Shown in pieces: positions 7,405 through 19,062 of a stretch of 64,000 nt of DNA (within the stretch, counting starts at the first letter, position 1; each line of letters opens with the position of its first letter). The translations under genes were made by a program, and so were the position numbers. Below the pieces are notes generated by a model. That model worked only from the letters and a program-made list of their open reading frames with translations, was not told where the DNA came from and ran no database searches. The stretch is from an uncultured Bacteroidales bacterium (GTDB taxonomy: Bacteria; Bacteroidota; Bacteroidia; Bacteroidales; UBA3663): contig CACXTQ010000005.1 in NCBI GenBank assembly GCA_902770595.1, positions 48,218 to 112,217 of the forward strand, read 5' to 3'.

Positions 7405-9423
7405 ATGGCGGACAAAGACAAGCAGGCAAGGACATACGAAAAAGTAGTACGGCGGCTGGTGAACGGACAACTGCAAAATGCGTTGACGTTGATCAGCAAG
7501 CATTGTGTTTTGGAGCCACGTCTATATTCCATTGGCGAAGAAGCTGAAACGGTGCAGAAGGACTACGACCGAATGCTTTCCTTTTTGGCAAAAGGAACTC
7601 ACGACCCCAAACTTCAGGAACAACACGACATCCTGATGGAGCGCGCCTGGAAACTCGCCGAAAGCCTTTACGATGCCGAACAACCTGTGGAGTTACCCTT
7701 CGAGGAAACCATCATCGTGCTCCTTGAACAACTTCTTGCCGAGCCGGAAGATGACCATTGCCTCAACCGTATCTTCGAGCAAGTGGCAGAAAGCAGACAT
7801 CTACCTAAGGCAGATCGCAAGGAGCTGCATAAGGCAATGCTCAACGACAGCATACCCGAATATGTGCGTGCCACCCTCCTATCGGCCATCACGCTGCACC
7901 TAACTCAGAACTTCGATGCCCGCATGGTGGAGGATCTCTACACCTATACGCTCGACGATCAGCCCGTGCAACTTCAGATGCAGGCGTGGATCACGCTGGT
8001 CTTTGTCGCCCTCATCCATACCCATCGCATCGAACATCTGCCCCGTCTGCGCGAGCAATACCAGTTCATTTGCGAAAGCCAGCCCGATTTGCTATTCGAC
8101 ATACAGATTGCCCTTTTGCAGTGCCGCGAGGCATTCTCCTTCGACAAGAAACTGCACAAGATCATCAACCAAGATGGCGAGGACGATGAATTCAGCGAGC
8201 AGGAACGCGTCAGGGAATTCTTTGAATTCATCACCGAAGGCATTGACACCACCCTGTCGATGTTCTCACACCTCAAGAAGATCAAATTTTTCAGCGGTGA
8301 AGGCACACGTCACCATTGGCTCGAACCATTCAGCCTCACGCAACCCGACGTCAAGGCAGTGCTCGACGAGAACCCCAAGGCTATGCCATGGACGCGGATG
8401 ATGATGGCTTCGGTTGCCCAGTGCAATACCGACAAGTACAGTTCGTTCATGACCATGCAGGCCTACAACAAGGACCTGATGGCCAACATCAGCGAGAAAC
8501 TGCAAGAGAAAGGGTTGGTCTTCGACGACATCCTGCCAGTAAGTCCACTCTACGTGATGCGCAACTATCTGCACGACCTCTTCCGCTACTGCAACATGCA
8601 CCCCAAGGGCGAAGCGATGCGCTATCCGCTCTTCGATCGCAACCTCGACATGAGCCAGAACAAATGGCTCAGTGCAGGCATCAGCCACCCCGACCAGTTG
8701 AAGAAGACTGCCGAATTCCTTTTCCGCAAGGAACGTTGGGACGAGGCATGCATCACCTACAGCACCCTGCTCAAGCACGAAGTGACCGAGGAGACCCTGC
8801 AAAAACTCTACTACGCCATGTGGAACGGCGACAGCAGTTACGACAAACGCAAGGCCACGCAGACGCTCATCAAGTGCAACACCCTCTTCCCTGGCAACAA
8901 GTGGACGCTTCGCCATCTGGCCGATGCTTATCACGAAGCACAGGAATACGAGATAGAGGGACAGGTGCTCCACGAGGCGCTCGAACATTTCCCCGATGAC
9001 CCGACGATGCTGATGCGCCTGGGACGATGCCTCACCTGTCAGGACCGCATAGATGAAGCCATCGAAATACTCTACAAGGCCGACATCAAGAAGGAAGGGC
9101 AACTGCGCGTGCATCGCGAATTGGCCAACGCACTTTTCCTGACCTACGACCACACGCGAGCCGAGCGATTCATCCGTATGGTGCTGAGCCGTCCTGAGCC
9201 AGATATGGACGATTGGATACTGGGCGGTCATATTGCCCTCCAAGACCAAGACATCCCTCTTGCCGTCGAACGATACAAGAAGGCGAACGACACAGCGTAT
9301 GCCTATAACGGAATACTCCGCGACAAACCTAAACTCATACGTGCCGGCATCGCCGAACACATCATCCTCCTTGTGATGGAACTTTTGTTAAAGGATTTGC
9401 AGGCCACTTCGAACCCCTCTTAA
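7405..9423 (+). CDS. TPR-repeat protein, function unknown
   Basis: I moved the start to MADKDKQ (ATG 7405) because the track start at 7303 lies inside rnpB. C-terminal TPR-like helices: LADAYHEAQEYEIEGQVLHEALEHFPDDPTMLMRLGRCL... Confidence 0.6.
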   Translation: MADKDKQARTYEKVVRRLVNGQLQNALTLISKHCVLEPRLYSIGEEAETVQKDYDRMLSFLAKGTHDPKLQEQHDILMERAWKLAESLYDAEQPVELPFEETIIVLLEQLLAEPEDDHCLNRIFEQVAESRHLPKADRKELHKAMLNDSIPEYVRATLLSAITLHLTQNFDARMVEDLYTYTLDDQPVQLQMQAWITLVFVALIHTHRIEHLPRLREQYQFICESQPDLLFDIQIALLQCREAFSFDKKLHKIINQDGEDDEFSEQERVREFFEFITEGIDTTLSMFSHLKKIKFFSGEGTRHHWLEPFSLTQPDVKAVLDENPKAMPWTRMMMASVAQCNTDKYSSFMTMQAYNKDLMANISEKLQEKGLVFDDILPVSPLYVMRNYLHDLFRYCNMHPKGEAMRYPLFDRNLDMSQNKWLSAGISHPDQLKKTAEFLFRKERWDEACITYSTLLKHEVTEETLQKLYYAMWNGDSSYDKRKATQTLIKCNTLFPGNKWTLRHLADAYHEAQEYEIEGQVLHEALEHFPDDPTMLMRLGRCLTCQDRIDEAIEILYKADIKKEGQLRVHRELANALFLTYDHTRAERFIRMVLSRPEPDMDDWILGGHIALQDQDIPLAVERYKKANDTAYAYNGILRDKPKLIRAGIAEHIILLVMELLLKDLQATSNPS

Positions 9424-9454
9424 CTCTTCGAACAATTATTAACTCTACATAAAA

Positions 9455-12298
9455 ATGGAATACAACTTTAGAGAAATCGAGCCGCGCTGGCAGGCTCAGT
9501 GGGTCAAGGATCAGACCTACAAGGTCGAGATTGACCACAAGAAGCCCAAGTACTACGTGCTCGATATGTTCCCCTATCCTTCGGGAGCGGGTCTTCACGT
9601 AGGCCACCCACTCGGCTACATTGCTTCAGACATCTTCTCACGCTACAAGCGCCTCTGTGGCTTCAACGTTCTTCACCCGATGGGCTACGATGCCTATGGC
9701 CTGCCCGCCGAACAATATGCCATCCAGACGGGACAGCACCCCGCCATCACCACCGATAAGAACATTGCCCGTTACCGCGAGCAACTCGACCGTATCGGCT
9801 TCTGCTTCGACTGGAGCCGCGAGGTACGCACCTGCGACCCTGGCTACTACAAGTGGACACAGTGGGCCTTTGCGCAGATGTTCGAAGCCTATTACGACAA
9901 CGATGCACAGAAGGCTAAGCACATCGCCGACCTCGTAGCTCGATTTGAGGCCAATGGCAGCAAGGGCGTTAATGCCGCCTGCTCCGTCGAGCTCGACTTC
10001 ACCGCCGAAGCCTGGAAGGCCAAGAGCGAAGTGGAGAAGCAGCAGACCCTGATGAACTATCGCATTGCATACCTGGGCGAGACGATGGTGAACTGGTGTC
10101 CCATGCTCGGCACCGTGCTGGCCAACGACGAGGTTGTCAATGGCGTGAGCGAACGCGGCGGTTATCCCGTCGAGCAGAAACTCATGCGCCAGTGGTGCCT
10201 CCGCGTCTCTGCATATGCCCAGCGTCTGCTCGACGGCCTGGAGACCATCGACTGGACCTACGCCCTGAAGGAGACCCAGCGCAACTGGATCGGTCGTTCG
10301 GAAGGTACCGAGGCACAGTTCAAGGTGGTGCCCAACGACAACCCACAGACACTGACCGCTGACGGCAAGCCTCTCGAGTTCACCATCTTCACCACTCGCG
10401 CCGATACCATGTTCGGTGTTACCTTCATGGTGCTTGCTCCTGAAAGCGAATATGTGCAGATGGTAACCACGTCCGACCACAAGGCCGAAGTGGAGGCTTA
10501 CCTCGACAAGTGCAAGCACAAGACCGAACTGGAGCGCCAGGCCGGACATGAGGTGACGGGCGTCTTCAGCGGTGCCTACGCCATCAACCCAATTACGGGC
10601 GATGAGATTCCGATCTGGATTGCCGAATACGTACTTGCCGGTTACGGCACAGGTGCCATTATGGCTGTTCCCGCCCACGACTCACGCGACTGGGCTTTTG
10701 CCAAGCACTTCAACCTCCCCATCATCCCGCTCATCGAAGGCGACTATGACCTCAACGAGGGTTCGTTCGATGCCAAGGAAGGCATTATGAAGAACTCGTC
10801 GAACGCCGAACTCAGCCTCAACGGTCTCTGCGTCAAGGACTCCATCCAAGCCATGAAGGAGTACGTCACCCGCAAGGGCTTGGGCCGTGTGAAGGTCAAC
10901 TACCGTTTGCGCGACGCTATCTTCAGCCGCCAGCGCTACTGGGGCGAGCCCTTCCCCATCTATTACAAGGATGGCATGCCCTACGTGCTGCCCGAGGAGT
11001 GCCTGCCACTCCAACTGCCCGAGGTGAAGAACTTCAAGCCCACCTCGACAGGCGAACCACCGCTCGGCAATGCTCAGGTTTGGGCTTGGGACGAGGCCAA
11101 CAAGAAGGTTGTGGACAAGGCCTTGATCGACAACAAGACTGTCTTCCCGCTCGAACTCTGCACCATGCCAGGCTTTGCAGGTTCATCGGCCTACTACACC
11201 CGTTATACTGACCCGCACAACGATGAAGCACTCGTCAGCCATGAGGCCAACGAGTACTGGGACAACGTCGATCTCTATCTCGGCGGTTCGGAGCACGCTA
11301 CTGGTCACCTCATCTACAGTCGCTTCTGGAACAAGTTCCTCAAGGACTGGGGCGTGGTGAAGAGCGAGGAACCCTTCAAGAAGCTCATCAACCAGGGCAT
11401 GATTCAAGGAAGCAGCCGTTTCGCACTGCGTTTGAAGGGTACCCAGAAGTATGTCAGTGCCGACATCGCTGCTGAATACGGCGAATGCGACCCCGTACAT
11501 GTGGACGTGAACTTCGTCAATGGCCTGGAAATGGATGTCGAGAAATTCCACCAGTGGACGCCAGAGTTCAAGGATGTGGAGGTAATCTGCAATGCTGATG
11601 GCAAGTTCATTACGACTGCCGCCGTTGAGAAGATGTCGAAGTCGAAATACAATGTGGTTAATCCCGACGACATCTGCGAGCGTTACGGTGCCGACACGCT
11701 GCGTCTTTATGAGATGTTCCTCGGCCCCATCGAGCAGTCGAAGCCTTGGGACACCGCAGGTATCGATGGAGCCTTCCGCTTCCTCAAGAAGTTCTGGAAC
11801 CTCTATCAGACCCCAACCGACGCTGCTCCATCGGCCGACAACCTCAAGTCGCTCCACAAACTGATCAAGAAGGTAACGGGCGACATCGAGCAGTTCTCGT
11901 ACAATACAGCCATCTCGGCATTCATGGTCGCCGTCAATGAGCTCACCCAGCAGAAGTGCAGCAGCAAGGCTATCCTCGAACAACTCGTCGTGCTCATCGC
12001 TCCTTTTGCTCCCCACATCGCCGAAGAACTCTGGCACCAGCTTGGCAACACCACTACCGTCTGCGACGCCCAGTGGCCCAAGTGCGAGGAGAAGTATCTC
12101 GTTGAAAGCACCATCAAGTACCCCGTCCAGATCGGTGGCAAGATGCGCTTCACCATCGACATCCCTGCCGATGCCACCTCTGACGAAGTACAAGCCGCTG
12201 TCCTCGCGCATCCCGATGCCCAGAAGTGGATTGCCGGCAAGACCGTCCGCAAGTTCATCTTCGTGCCCAAGAAGATCGTCAACCTCGTTGTAGGCTAA
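9455..12298 (+). CDS. leuS: Leucine--tRNA ligase
   Basis: 947 aa. HVGHPLGY (HIGH) and KMSKSK (KMSKS) motifs, with a CP1 editing-domain insertion. Confidence 0.97.
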   Translation: MEYNFREIEPRWQAQWVKDQTYKVEIDHKKPKYYVLDMFPYPSGAGLHVGHPLGYIASDIFSRYKRLCGFNVLHPMGYDAYGLPAEQYAIQTGQHPAITTDKNIARYREQLDRIGFCFDWSREVRTCDPGYYKWTQWAFAQMFEAYYDNDAQKAKHIADLVARFEANGSKGVNAACSVELDFTAEAWKAKSEVEKQQTLMNYRIAYLGETMVNWCPMLGTVLANDEVVNGVSERGGYPVEQKLMRQWCLRVSAYAQRLLDGLETIDWTYALKETQRNWIGRSEGTEAQFKVVPNDNPQTLTADGKPLEFTIFTTRADTMFGVTFMVLAPESEYVQMVTTSDHKAEVEAYLDKCKHKTELERQAGHEVTGVFSGAYAINPITGDEIPIWIAEYVLAGYGTGAIMAVPAHDSRDWAFAKHFNLPIIPLIEGDYDLNEGSFDAKEGIMKNSSNAELSLNGLCVKDSIQAMKEYVTRKGLGRVKVNYRLRDAIFSRQRYWGEPFPIYYKDGMPYVLPEECLPLQLPEVKNFKPTSTGEPPLGNAQVWAWDEANKKVVDKALIDNKTVFPLELCTMPGFAGSSAYYTRYTDPHNDEALVSHEANEYWDNVDLYLGGSEHATGHLIYSRFWNKFLKDWGVVKSEEPFKKLINQGMIQGSSRFALRLKGTQKYVSADIAAEYGECDPVHVDVNFVNGLEMDVEKFHQWTPEFKDVEVICNADGKFITTAAVEKMSKSKYNVVNPDDICERYGADTLRLYEMFLGPIEQSKPWDTAGIDGAFRFLKKFWNLYQTPTDAAPSADNLKSLHKLIKKVTGDIEQFSYNTAISAFMVAVNELTQQKCSSKAILEQLVVLIAPFAPHIAEELWHQLGNTTTVCDAQWPKCEEKYLVESTIKYPVQIGGKMRFTIDIPADATSDEVQAAVLAHPDAQKWIAGKTVRKFIFVPKKIVNLVVG

Positions 12299-12324
12299 GC
12301 ACACACATTATATATATTAATATT

Positions 12325-12355
12325 ACAGGCTGCAAGCAAAAAGCTCGCAGCCTGT
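12325..12355. terminator. Bidirectional hairpin between leuS and asnS
   Basis: acaggctgc (12325..12333) pairs with gcagcctgt (12347..12355). Flanked by A/T runs. Confidence 0.7.
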
Positions 12356-12378
12356 AATTTATTATCACTTTTGAAGAT

Positions 12379-13803
12379 TTAGAACTCAGCCGACTTGGGA
12401 GTGCGGGGGAACGGGATGACGTCGCGGATGTTCTGCATGCCGGTAACGAAGAGGATGAGGCGCTCGAAGCCGAGGCCGAAACCTGCGTGTGGGCAAGTGC
12501 CGAAGCGACGGGTATCGAGATACCACCACATATCCTTCATCGGAATGTGACGCGTCGTGATTTCGTTCATGAGCTTGTCATAGTTCTCCTCACGCACCGA
12601 ACCACCGATGATCTCGCCGATCTGTGGGAAGAGGACGTCGGTACCCTGTACGGTCTCCTCCATCTCCTCGCCATTGAAGATAGGACGCTTGTCATCAATC
12701 TTCATATAGAACGACTTGATCTTCTTGGGGTAGTTGGTCATGATGACAGGCTTCTTGAAGTACTCCTCAACGAGGAAGCGCTCGTGCTCGGAAGCAAGGT
12801 CGTCGCCCCAGTTGCAGGGGAACTCGAATTTCTTGCCGTCCTTGATGGCCTGCTGCAGGATCTCGATGCCCTTGGTGTAAGGCAGATGCACGAAGCTGTC
12901 CTTCAACACACCTTCGAGACGCTCGATGAGCGTTGGGTCGATGAGTTTGTTGAGGAACTCGAGCTCCTCACGGCAGTTGTCGAGTGCCCAGCGTACGCAA
13001 TGCTTGATGAAGTCCTCTTCGAGTGCCATCAGGTCGTCCATATCATAGAAGGCAACCTCTGGCTCGATCATCCAGAACTCTGCCAAGTGACGTGGCGTAT
13101 TGGAGTTCTCTGCACGGAAGGTAGGACCAAAGGTGTAGATCTGACCCAGTGCCGTAGCTCCCAGTTCGCCTTCGAGCTGACCGGAAACGGTGAGCGACGT
13201 CATCTTACCGAAGAAGTCGTCATCGTAGATGATGGAACCATTCTCGTCCTTCTTGAGGTCATAGAGGTTCTTGGTGGTCACTTGGAACATCTGGCCTGCG
13301 CCTTCGCAGTCGCTGGCGGTGATGAGGGGCGAGTGGAAATAATAGAAGCCGTGCTCGTGGAAGTACTGGTGAATAGCAATAGCCATATTGTGGCGGATGC
13401 GAAGGATGCAACCAAAGAGGTTGGTACGTGGACGAAGATGTGCCTTCTCGCGGAGGAATTCCATAGAGTGGCCCTTCTTCTGCAAAGGATACTCATTGGG
13501 ATCGCAGTCGCCAAGCACCTCGATGGTGCTGGCCTGGATCTCACACTTCTGGTTGCCGCCCTGGCTGGCCACAAGTTTGCCTACGACCTTGAGGCAAGCA
13601 CCTGTGGTGATACGCTTCAGGAGTTCTTCGTCGAACTTGGCAACGTCGGCTACGATCTGCACGCCTGAAACGCAGGAACCATCATTGAGAGCTATAAATT
13701 TAATGACCTTGTTGCCACGCATCGAACGGACCCATCCGCACACGGTGACTTCACGGTCGAGGACCTCCGACTTCAGGAGACCTTTGATGATTTCTCTTTT
13801 CAT
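12379..13803 (-). CDS. asnS: Asparagine--tRNA ligase
   Basis: 474 aa. Class IIb OB-fold N-terminus, [21 protein letters not shown] (motif 2) and GFGLGFERL (motif 3). Confidence 0.93.
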   Translation of the reverse strand: MKREIIKGLLKSEVLDREVTVCGWVRSMRGNKVIKFIALNDGSCVSGVQIVADVAKFDEELLKRITTGACLKVVGKLVASQGGNQKCEIQASTIEVLGDCDPNEYPLQKKGHSMEFLREKAHLRPRTNLFGCILRIRHNMAIAIHQYFHEHGFYYFHSPLITASDCEGAGQMFQVTTKNLYDLKKDENGSIIYDDDFFGKMTSLTVSGQLEGELGATALGQIYTFGPTFRAENSNTPRHLAEFWMIEPEVAFYDMDDLMALEEDFIKHCVRWALDNCREELEFLNKLIDPTLIERLEGVLKDSFVHLPYTKGIEILQQAIKDGKKFEFPCNWGDDLASEHERFLVEEYFKKPVIMTNYPKKIKSFYMKIDDKRPIFNGEEMEETVQGTDVLFPQIGEIIGGSVREENYDKLMNEITTRHIPMKDMWWYLDTRRFGTCPHAGFGLGFERLILFVTGMQNIRDVIPFPRTPKSAEF

Positions 13804-13894
13804 ACAATATACTTAAATAACACTGTTCGGGATTAGGCTAAATAGAAAGATACCTCACCCTTCCACCAGGAAGGGCAAGGATCTTGAACATTCA

Positions 13895-15511
13895 TTATTC
13901 GAATGCACCCATCTTGAGCATGCTTACCTCCTGCTGGGTGAGGTGACGCCAGCGGCCACGTGGCAGGTTCTTCTTGGTGAGTCCTGCGAAATAAACGCGG
14001 TCGAGCTTCACGACACGATAGCCGAGGTGCTCGAAGATACGACGCACGATACGGTTCTTGCCAGAGTGGATCTCGATACCAACCTGGTTCTTGTCCTCTT
14101 CGTTGGCATAAGCAATGGCATCAGCATGGATGGGACCATCGTCGAGTTCGATGCCTGCTGCAATGCGAGCGAGATCGGTCTCAGCCACATCCTTGTCAAG
14201 CCATACGTGATAGATCTTCTTCTTGATGTACTTGGGATGGGTGAGTTTCGAAGCGAGGTCACCATCGTTGGTGAGGAGCAGCACACCAGTGGTGTTGCGG
14301 TCGAGACGACCAACAGGGTAGATGCGCTCGCGGCTTGCATTGCGCACCAGATCCATAACGGTCTGACGGCCCTGTGGATCATCGCTGGTGGTGACGGTAT
14401 CCTTCGGCTTGTTGAGGAGTACATAGACCTTGCGCTCGAGGCTTACGGGCTGGTCGTTGAAGGTCACCTGATCCTTGCGGGTCACCTTGGTGCCGAGTTC
14501 GGTTACGACCTCACCGTTTACCTTGACCAAACCAGCTGCGATGTGCTCGTCGGCTTCACGACGCGAGCAAACGCCTGCATTGGCCAAATACTTGTTGAGA
14601 CGCAGTTCCTCATTCGGATCGACGATTGCCTCGGTGTATTCCACCGGACGATGTGGGTTGTAGCCCTGATGCTTGCGATTGGGTTTCTGCTTCTGAGGAC
14701 GTCCGAAACCGCCCTGCTGGGGACGACCGTAGCCACCCTGCTGGGGACGACCATAACCTCCCTGCTGGGGACGGCCATAACCGCCCTGCTGGGGACGACC
14801 GTAGCCACCCTGCTGGGGACGGCCATAACCACCCTGCTGACGACCGTAACCGCCCTGTGGACGGCCGTAGCCACCCTGCTGGGGACGCTGATAGCCGCGT
14901 GGCTGGTAACCGCCCTGTGGCTGATAGTTCTGCACATAGCCGCCTTCCTGTGGCTGCTGATTCTCCTGAGCCTTGCCTTCCTGTGGCTCGCCCTGGGGCT
15001 GCTGATAGCCCTGATTATCGTTGTAGCGTTGGTAGCCGTTATTGGGACGCTGTGGACGCTGGTAGCTCTGATAGCCGCCCTGCTCGCCATCCTGGTTGTA
15101 ACGACGATAGCCGCCCTGGGGACGCTGTGGACGCTGATAGCCGCCCTGGTAGCCGCCGCCCTGTGGACGCTGGTAGCCACCACCCTGCTGATAGCCGCCT
15201 TCGCCTTCCTGTGGGCGCTGATAGCCTTCGCCATCCTGCATTGGACGCTGGTAGCCGCCACCACGCTGATAGCCGCCACCACGCTGGTAGCCGCCACCGC
15301 GCTGATAACCGCCGCCACGACCATATCCGCTATAGTCGTTGGCGCCACCGCGCTGATAAGAGTTACGTGACTGTGGATCAAAGGCGGCTGCGTTACCGAA
15401 GCGGCTCTCGCCGATTCTGGGACGACGCTTTGGCGCCTGCTGTGATGCACCTTCTGGTGCTGCATTACCCTCCTGTGGGGTATTTGCCTGTGGGTTCTGA
15501 TTTTCTTCCAT
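13895..15511 (-). CDS. rluB: RluB-type 23S rRNA pseudouridine synthase with a roughly 290-aa G/Y/Q/R low-complexity N-terminal extension
   Basis: S4 domain [31 protein letters not shown] and core [22 protein letters not shown]. The track start at 15517 is a TTG; I prefer the ATG at 15511 (MEENQNPQ), 2 nt after the purB TGA. Confidence 0.85.
   Translation of the reverse strand: MEENQNPQANTPQEGNAAPEGASQQAPKRRPRIGESRFGNAAAFDPQSRNSYQRGGANDYSGYGRGGGYQRGGGYQRGGGYQRGGGYQRPMQDGEGYQRPQEGEGGYQQGGGYQRPQGGGYQGGYQRPQRPQGGYRRYNQDGEQGGYQSYQRPQRPNNGYQRYNDNQGYQQPQGEPQEGKAQENQQPQEGGYVQNYQPQGGYQPRGYQRPQQGGYGRPQGGYGRQQGGYGRPQQGGYGRPQQGGYGRPQQGGYGRPQQGGYGRPQQGGFGRPQKQKPNRKHQGYNPHRPVEYTEAIVDPNEELRLNKYLANAGVCSRREADEHIAAGLVKVNGEVVTELGTKVTRKDQVTFNDQPVSLERKVYVLLNKPKDTVTTSDDPQGRQTVMDLVRNASRERIYPVGRLDRNTTGVLLLTNDGDLASKLTHPKYIKKKIYHVWLDKDVAETDLARIAAGIELDDGPIHADAIAYANEEDKNQVGIEIHSGKNRIVRRIFEHLGYRVVKLDRVYFAGLTKKNLPRGRWRHLTQQEVSMLKMGAFE
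14699..14887. repeat. In-frame 24-bp tandem repeat (about 8 copies) encoding QQGGYGRP
   Basis: The unit ctggggacg(a/g)cc(g/a)ta(g/a)cc(a/g)ccctg is repeated. A second 18-bp repeat x4 (GGGYQR) lies at 15245..15316. Confidence 0.9.
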
Positions 15512-15513
15512 AA

Positions 15514-16863
15514 TCAAATTCCGGTGTAGTTAGTTGGAGAAAGCGCATGCAACTCTGCTTTCACTGACTCCGATACGTTTAATGAATCTATAAAATTAGC
15601 AATGGTTTGTTCGTTCATACCCGTATTGACACGGGTCAAAGCTTTAAGTGTCTCGTAAGGCTTGGGATAGCCTTCGCGACGAAGAATGGTTTGGATGCCC
15701 TCGGCTACGACAGCCCAGGCATTGTCAAGATCGCGACGGATAGCGTTCTCATTGAGCAGAAGTTTGCCAAGTCCTTTCTTTGTCGATGCCAAGGCAATGA
15801 GCATATGGCCCATGGGGACACCGACATTACGCAAGACTGTCGAATCGGTGAGGTCGCGCTGGAGACGGCTTACCGGCAACTTGGTGGCAAGGTGATCGAG
15901 GATGGCGTTGGCAATGCCAAGGTTGCCCTCCGAATTCTCATAGTCGATGGGATTGACCTTATGAGGCATAGCGCTGGAACCTACCTCGCCGGCCTTGATC
16001 TGCTGCTTGAAATACTCCATCGAGATGTACTGCCAGAAGTCACGGTCGAGGTCGAGCAGGACTACATTGATGCGACGCATGGCGTCGAAAAGAGCCGCAA
16101 GGTTATCGTAATTAGAAATCTGCGTAGTCCATTCCTCACGTTCGATACCAAGGCGCTCGTGGAGGAAAGCGTTGCCGAAGGCACGCCAATCGCGGTTGGG
16201 ATAAGCGATGTGATGAGCATTGAAGTTGCCTGTAGCACCGCCGAACTTACCGCTGATCTTCACCTGGCGCAGGTTCTCGAGCTGCTGGTTCAAACGATAG
16301 ACAAAGACCATCACCTCTTTACCAAGGCGTGTGGGTGAAGCGGGCTGACCATGAGTGCGGGCAAGCATTGGAATGTCCTTCCACTCTTCGGCATAGCGAG
16401 CAAGGATATCGATCACTTCCTGGAGAGCAGGAATATAGACCTCATAGATGGCCTCCTTGATCGACATAGGCACAGAAGTGTTATTGATGTCCTGGCTGGT
16501 AAGACCGAAGTGGATGAACTCCTTGTACTTCTCAAGACCAAGACGGTCGAACTCCTCCTTGAGGAGATATTCTACAGCCTTCACATCGTGGTTGGTCACC
16601 TTCTCGATGTCCTTGACACGCTGGGCTTCGGCTGGGGTAAAATTGCGATAGATATCGCGAAGACTGTCGAAAATACGGCTATCGACACTGGACAATTGTG
16701 GCAACGGAAGTTCACAAAGTGCTATGAAATACTCGACTTCCACACGAACGCGATACTTGATGAGGGCAAACTCGGAAAAGTATTCGCTTAGGACCTCCGT
16801 CTTGGAATGATAACGTCCATCGATAGGCGAGACAGCCGTCAGTGGACTGAATGAAAATTCCAT
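15514..16863 (-). CDS. purB: Adenylosuccinate lyase
   Basis: 449 aa. Fumarate-lyase signature [11 protein letters not shown]; N-terminal SPIDGRY. Confidence 0.95.
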   Translation of the reverse strand: MEFSFSPLTAVSPIDGRYHSKTEVLSEYFSEFALIKYRVRVEVEYFIALCELPLPQLSSVDSRIFDSLRDIYRNFTPAEAQRVKDIEKVTNHDVKAVEYLLKEEFDRLGLEKYKEFIHFGLTSQDINNTSVPMSIKEAIYEVYIPALQEVIDILARYAEEWKDIPMLARTHGQPASPTRLGKEVMVFVYRLNQQLENLRQVKISGKFGGATGNFNAHHIAYPNRDWRAFGNAFLHERLGIEREEWTTQISNYDNLAALFDAMRRINVVLLDLDRDFWQYISMEYFKQQIKAGEVGSSAMPHKVNPIDYENSEGNLGIANAILDHLATKLPVSRLQRDLTDSTVLRNVGVPMGHMLIALASTKKGLGKLLLNENAIRRDLDNAWAVVAEGIQTILRREGYPKPYETLKALTRVNTGMNEQTIANFIDSLNVSESVKAELHALSPTNYTGI

Positions 16864-16985
16864 TTTCTACAAAAGATAGTTAAAAGGGGGTTAAAGGGAT
16901 GTTAATGTGATACTAATGCGACGTAAATAGGGAGCAAAAGAATAGTAAAAAGAGACAAAAGTTTCTTGGGGTAAACAATTATCAC

Positions 16986-17666
16986 TTATTTCCAGAAATG
17001 GAATCCTACGTTGAACATGAGTGCGCTGACTCTGGCCGTACTTCCGTCGATGACGTCATTCCATACACCTGGCATGTAATCGACGCCAAGAGAAACGTGT
17101 CGCAAATCGTACCCTATCCCTACCATAGGGCCGAAGTCCCAATTCTCTGCATCGCTGTACGAACCGACGATGCGCGAAGCATAGATACCAGCGTCGAGCG
17201 AGAAACGGCTCTTGTAAGTCACGGGGATGAAATAACGATACTTGCCTTCGACCATCACTTCGTTGAGATGAATCACTTGCGTCAGGTCGTAACGCTGCTG
17301 ACGGCCATAGCCAAGACCAAGATCATTGTAATAAATCTTCTCGCCTCCAAACTGAGCATATACGGCACTTACACGGAAACCGTGGTGCTTCTTCTTGTTA
17401 TAGTCCCATGAGAAACTGAAAGCATACGAATCGCGGGTGTTCTGATAGGCTCCCGAGCGGCCAAATGTCGAATCGGTAAAACGGTCACGAGTCAACCAGC
17501 TGTGCACATATCCAGCCGACACGGTGAAGGAGTTTCCATAAAAGTAGTTGATGGCACGTGCTTCACGCTTGGCCTGTTCCTTTTTTGTGAATCGTTGAGC
17601 GAAAGATGGCATCGCAACAACCATCATAAAGATAATAAGTAGAACCGATCTCTTATTGATTTGCAT
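16986..17666 (-). CDS. Small outer-membrane beta-barrel protein (porin-family/OmpW-like fold)
   Basis: I moved the start to MQINKRSVLLIIFMMVVAMPSFAQ (ATG 17666) because the track start at 17735 lies inside the promoter box. Ends ...MFNVGFHFWK. Confidence 0.6.
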   Translation of the reverse strand: MQINKRSVLLIIFMMVVAMPSFAQRFTKKEQAKREARAINYFYGNSFTVSAGYVHSWLTRDRFTDSTFGRSGAYQNTRDSYAFSFSWDYNKKKHHGFRVSAVYAQFGGEKIYYNDLGLGYGRQQRYDLTQVIHLNEVMVEGKYRYFIPVTYKSRFSLDAGIYASRIVGSYSDAENWDFGPMVGIGYDLRHVSLGVDYMPGVWNDVIDGSTARVSALMFNVGFHFWK

Positions 17667-17732
17667 AAAAATTTCTCTTCTAATGAAATACAACCTGCAG
17701 CTATTATAATATATTAATATTAAATGTGGGCG

Positions 17733-17740
17733 CAAAGATA
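17733..17740 (-). promoter_or_regulatory. -7 box TATCTTTG (minus strand)
   Basis: The plus strand reads caaagata, 67 nt upstream of the ATG at 17666. Confidence 0.55.
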
Positions 17741-17830
17741 GTTAATTTTCAGGCAGGTTGCAAATCCAAGGGGGGCTTTTAACTTACTATAACCCGATAA
17801 TAGGGACTAATGGCATTTTGTGTTTACAAA

Positions 17831-17860
17831 AACGCGCAAAGACTCACGCCTCTGCGCGTT
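17831..17860 (-). terminator. Intrinsic terminator for the small membrane gene
   Basis: aacgcgca pairs with tgcgcgtt. On the minus strand the hairpin is followed by TTTTTG. Confidence 0.6.
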
Positions 17861-17904
17861 CTGTGTGATGTTCGTTGAAATAGATTGATGCAGTCTTGAA
17901 CGGA

Positions 17905-18108
17905 TTACTTTCCGCCACCAATCTTGTCGGCTGACTTGCCACCGAAAATATTCAGAAGAACACCGGCAACAACGAGTACGAAGCAAACGGCAAGAATAAC
18001 GGTATTAAGACTAGCGTCCTGAAGTGCTTCAGTATAGAAACTGATTGCCAAAACTACGACAACGATAAGGATGAGGATCGAACCTCCATACTGTTTAAGA
18101 GCTCTCAT
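17905..18108 (-). CDS. Small two-TM membrane protein (67 aa), unknown function
   Basis: Start trimmed to MRALKQYGGSILILIVVVVLAISF... There are two hydrophobic spans. The upstream part of the track ORF is an AT-rich promoter region. Confidence 0.45.
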   Translation of the reverse strand: MRALKQYGGSILILIVVVVLAISFYTEALQDASLNTVILAVCFVLVVAGVLLNIFGGKSADKIGGGK

Positions 18109-18230
18109 AATGTATTGTTTTGTGTTTTTAAAATGTATTTTCGACTTATATTTTGGGGCAAAGTAACAAAAAAAATCAATATGTTGGTCAAAAAAAACAA
18201 AAAAAATGCTTGAATTAACGAAAAAAAGCA

Positions 18231-18238
18231 TATCTTTG
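18231..18238 (+). promoter_or_regulatory. -7 box TATCTTTG upstream of plsC
   Basis: Exact TAnnTTTG, 83 nt before the ATG at 18321. Confidence 0.55.
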
Positions 18239-18320
18239 CCCCGAAAATAGTAAAATAAGCGTTTTTTTCTGCAATTATTTGACAAAAAAATGACGATTCC
18301 TATATGGAATCAATGATTAT

Positions 18321-19061
18321 ATGAAAGTTCTGTATTTCGTGTATCAATGGCTCATCTTTGTGCCACTTCTCATCATCGTATCCATTTTTGCCTCTCTTGC
18401 AACTATCATCGGATGCTGGCTTGGCAACAAGAACTTCTGGGGTTATTGGCCTGGAGTCATTTGGGCTCGTTGCATCATACGTCTCTCCCTCTGTCCCGTG
18501 ACTGTCGAAGGTCGCGAGAACATCAACAAGGAAACTGAATACGTCTTTGTTGCTAACCATCAGGGAGCATTCGACATCTTCCTCCTTTTCGGCTTCCTGA
18601 ACCATGACTTCCGCTGGATGCTTCGCAAGGGTCTCCGAAAGATTGTCTTTGTAGGCGCAGCTTGTGAACGTGCCGGTCATATCTATGTGGATTCGCACGG
18701 CACCTCGGGTATGATGCACACCATACGCCAGGCTTTGGCTACGCTCAAGGAAGGTCACTCGCTCATCATTTTCCCCGAAGGCACACGTTCGAACGACGGT
18801 CATCTCGGCACCTTCAAGAAGGGCGCATTCACGCTGGCTGCCATGCTCAAGGTGCCTGTGGTGCCCATCACCATTGAAGGTCCCTACAAGGTGATGCAGA
18901 AAGGCTCCTGGCTTATCCATCCGCATCATCTGAAACTCACCATCCACCAGCCGCTTGAACCCGTATCACGCAAGGAAGGCACCGATGCCGGCGTGGATCG
19001 TCTACTCCACGAGTCACAGCGCGTCATCGCCGAGTCGCTGGGCGAACCCTTGCAGAAATAG
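18321..19061 (+). CDS. plsC: 1-acyl-sn-glycerol-3-phosphate acyltransferase
   Basis: 246 aa. N-terminal TM; HX4D motif NHQGAFD; FPEGTRS block. Confidence 0.88.
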   Translation: MKVLYFVYQWLIFVPLLIIVSIFASLATIIGCWLGNKNFWGYWPGVIWARCIIRLSLCPVTVEGRENINKETEYVFVANHQGAFDIFLLFGFLNHDFRWMLRKGLRKIVFVGAACERAGHIYVDSHGTSGMMHTIRQALATLKEGHSLIIFPEGTRSNDGHLGTFKKGAFTLAAMLKVPVVPITIEGPYKVMQKGSWLIHPHHLKLTIHQPLEPVSRKEGTDAGVDRLLHESQRVIAESLGEPLQK

Positions 19062-19062
19062 C

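Noticed and set aside
8266-9360. 364-aa minus-strand ORF
   Set aside because: It is the shadow frame of the TPR gene. The same reasoning rejects 9638..10678(-), 11183..12304(-), 12487..13668(+), 20498..21532(+), 21633..22553(+), 23031..23795(+), 26753..27424(-), 28475..29122(-), 44113..44844(+), 45657..46583(+), 53663..54331(-), 54407..55090(-), 55587..56183(-) and 57004..58233(-). All are antisense to or out of frame with genes that carry strong motifs.
13943-15513. Three long extra ORFs (13943..15370+, 14518..15465-, 14626..15513+) over the rluB-like gene
   Set aside because: The in-frame GC-rich tandem repeats keep every frame open. Only the minus frame continues into the S4 and pseudouridine-synthase motifs.
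16863-16880. Possible leaderless purB mRNA (TATCTTTTG box only about 6-15 nt upstream of the ATG)
   Set aside because: The box has an extra T (TAnnTTTTG), and its spacing to the ATG is too short to judge without TSS data. That is not enough support to report.
16986-17735. Longer N-terminal extensions offered by the ORF track for several genes (16986..17735, 17905..18285, 18955.., 19791.., 34659.., 48164.., 50615.., 53346.., 56875..)
   Set aside because: The extensions run through promoter boxes, terminators or the preceding gene. Internal ATGs give signal peptides or conserved N-termini, so the starts were trimmed.
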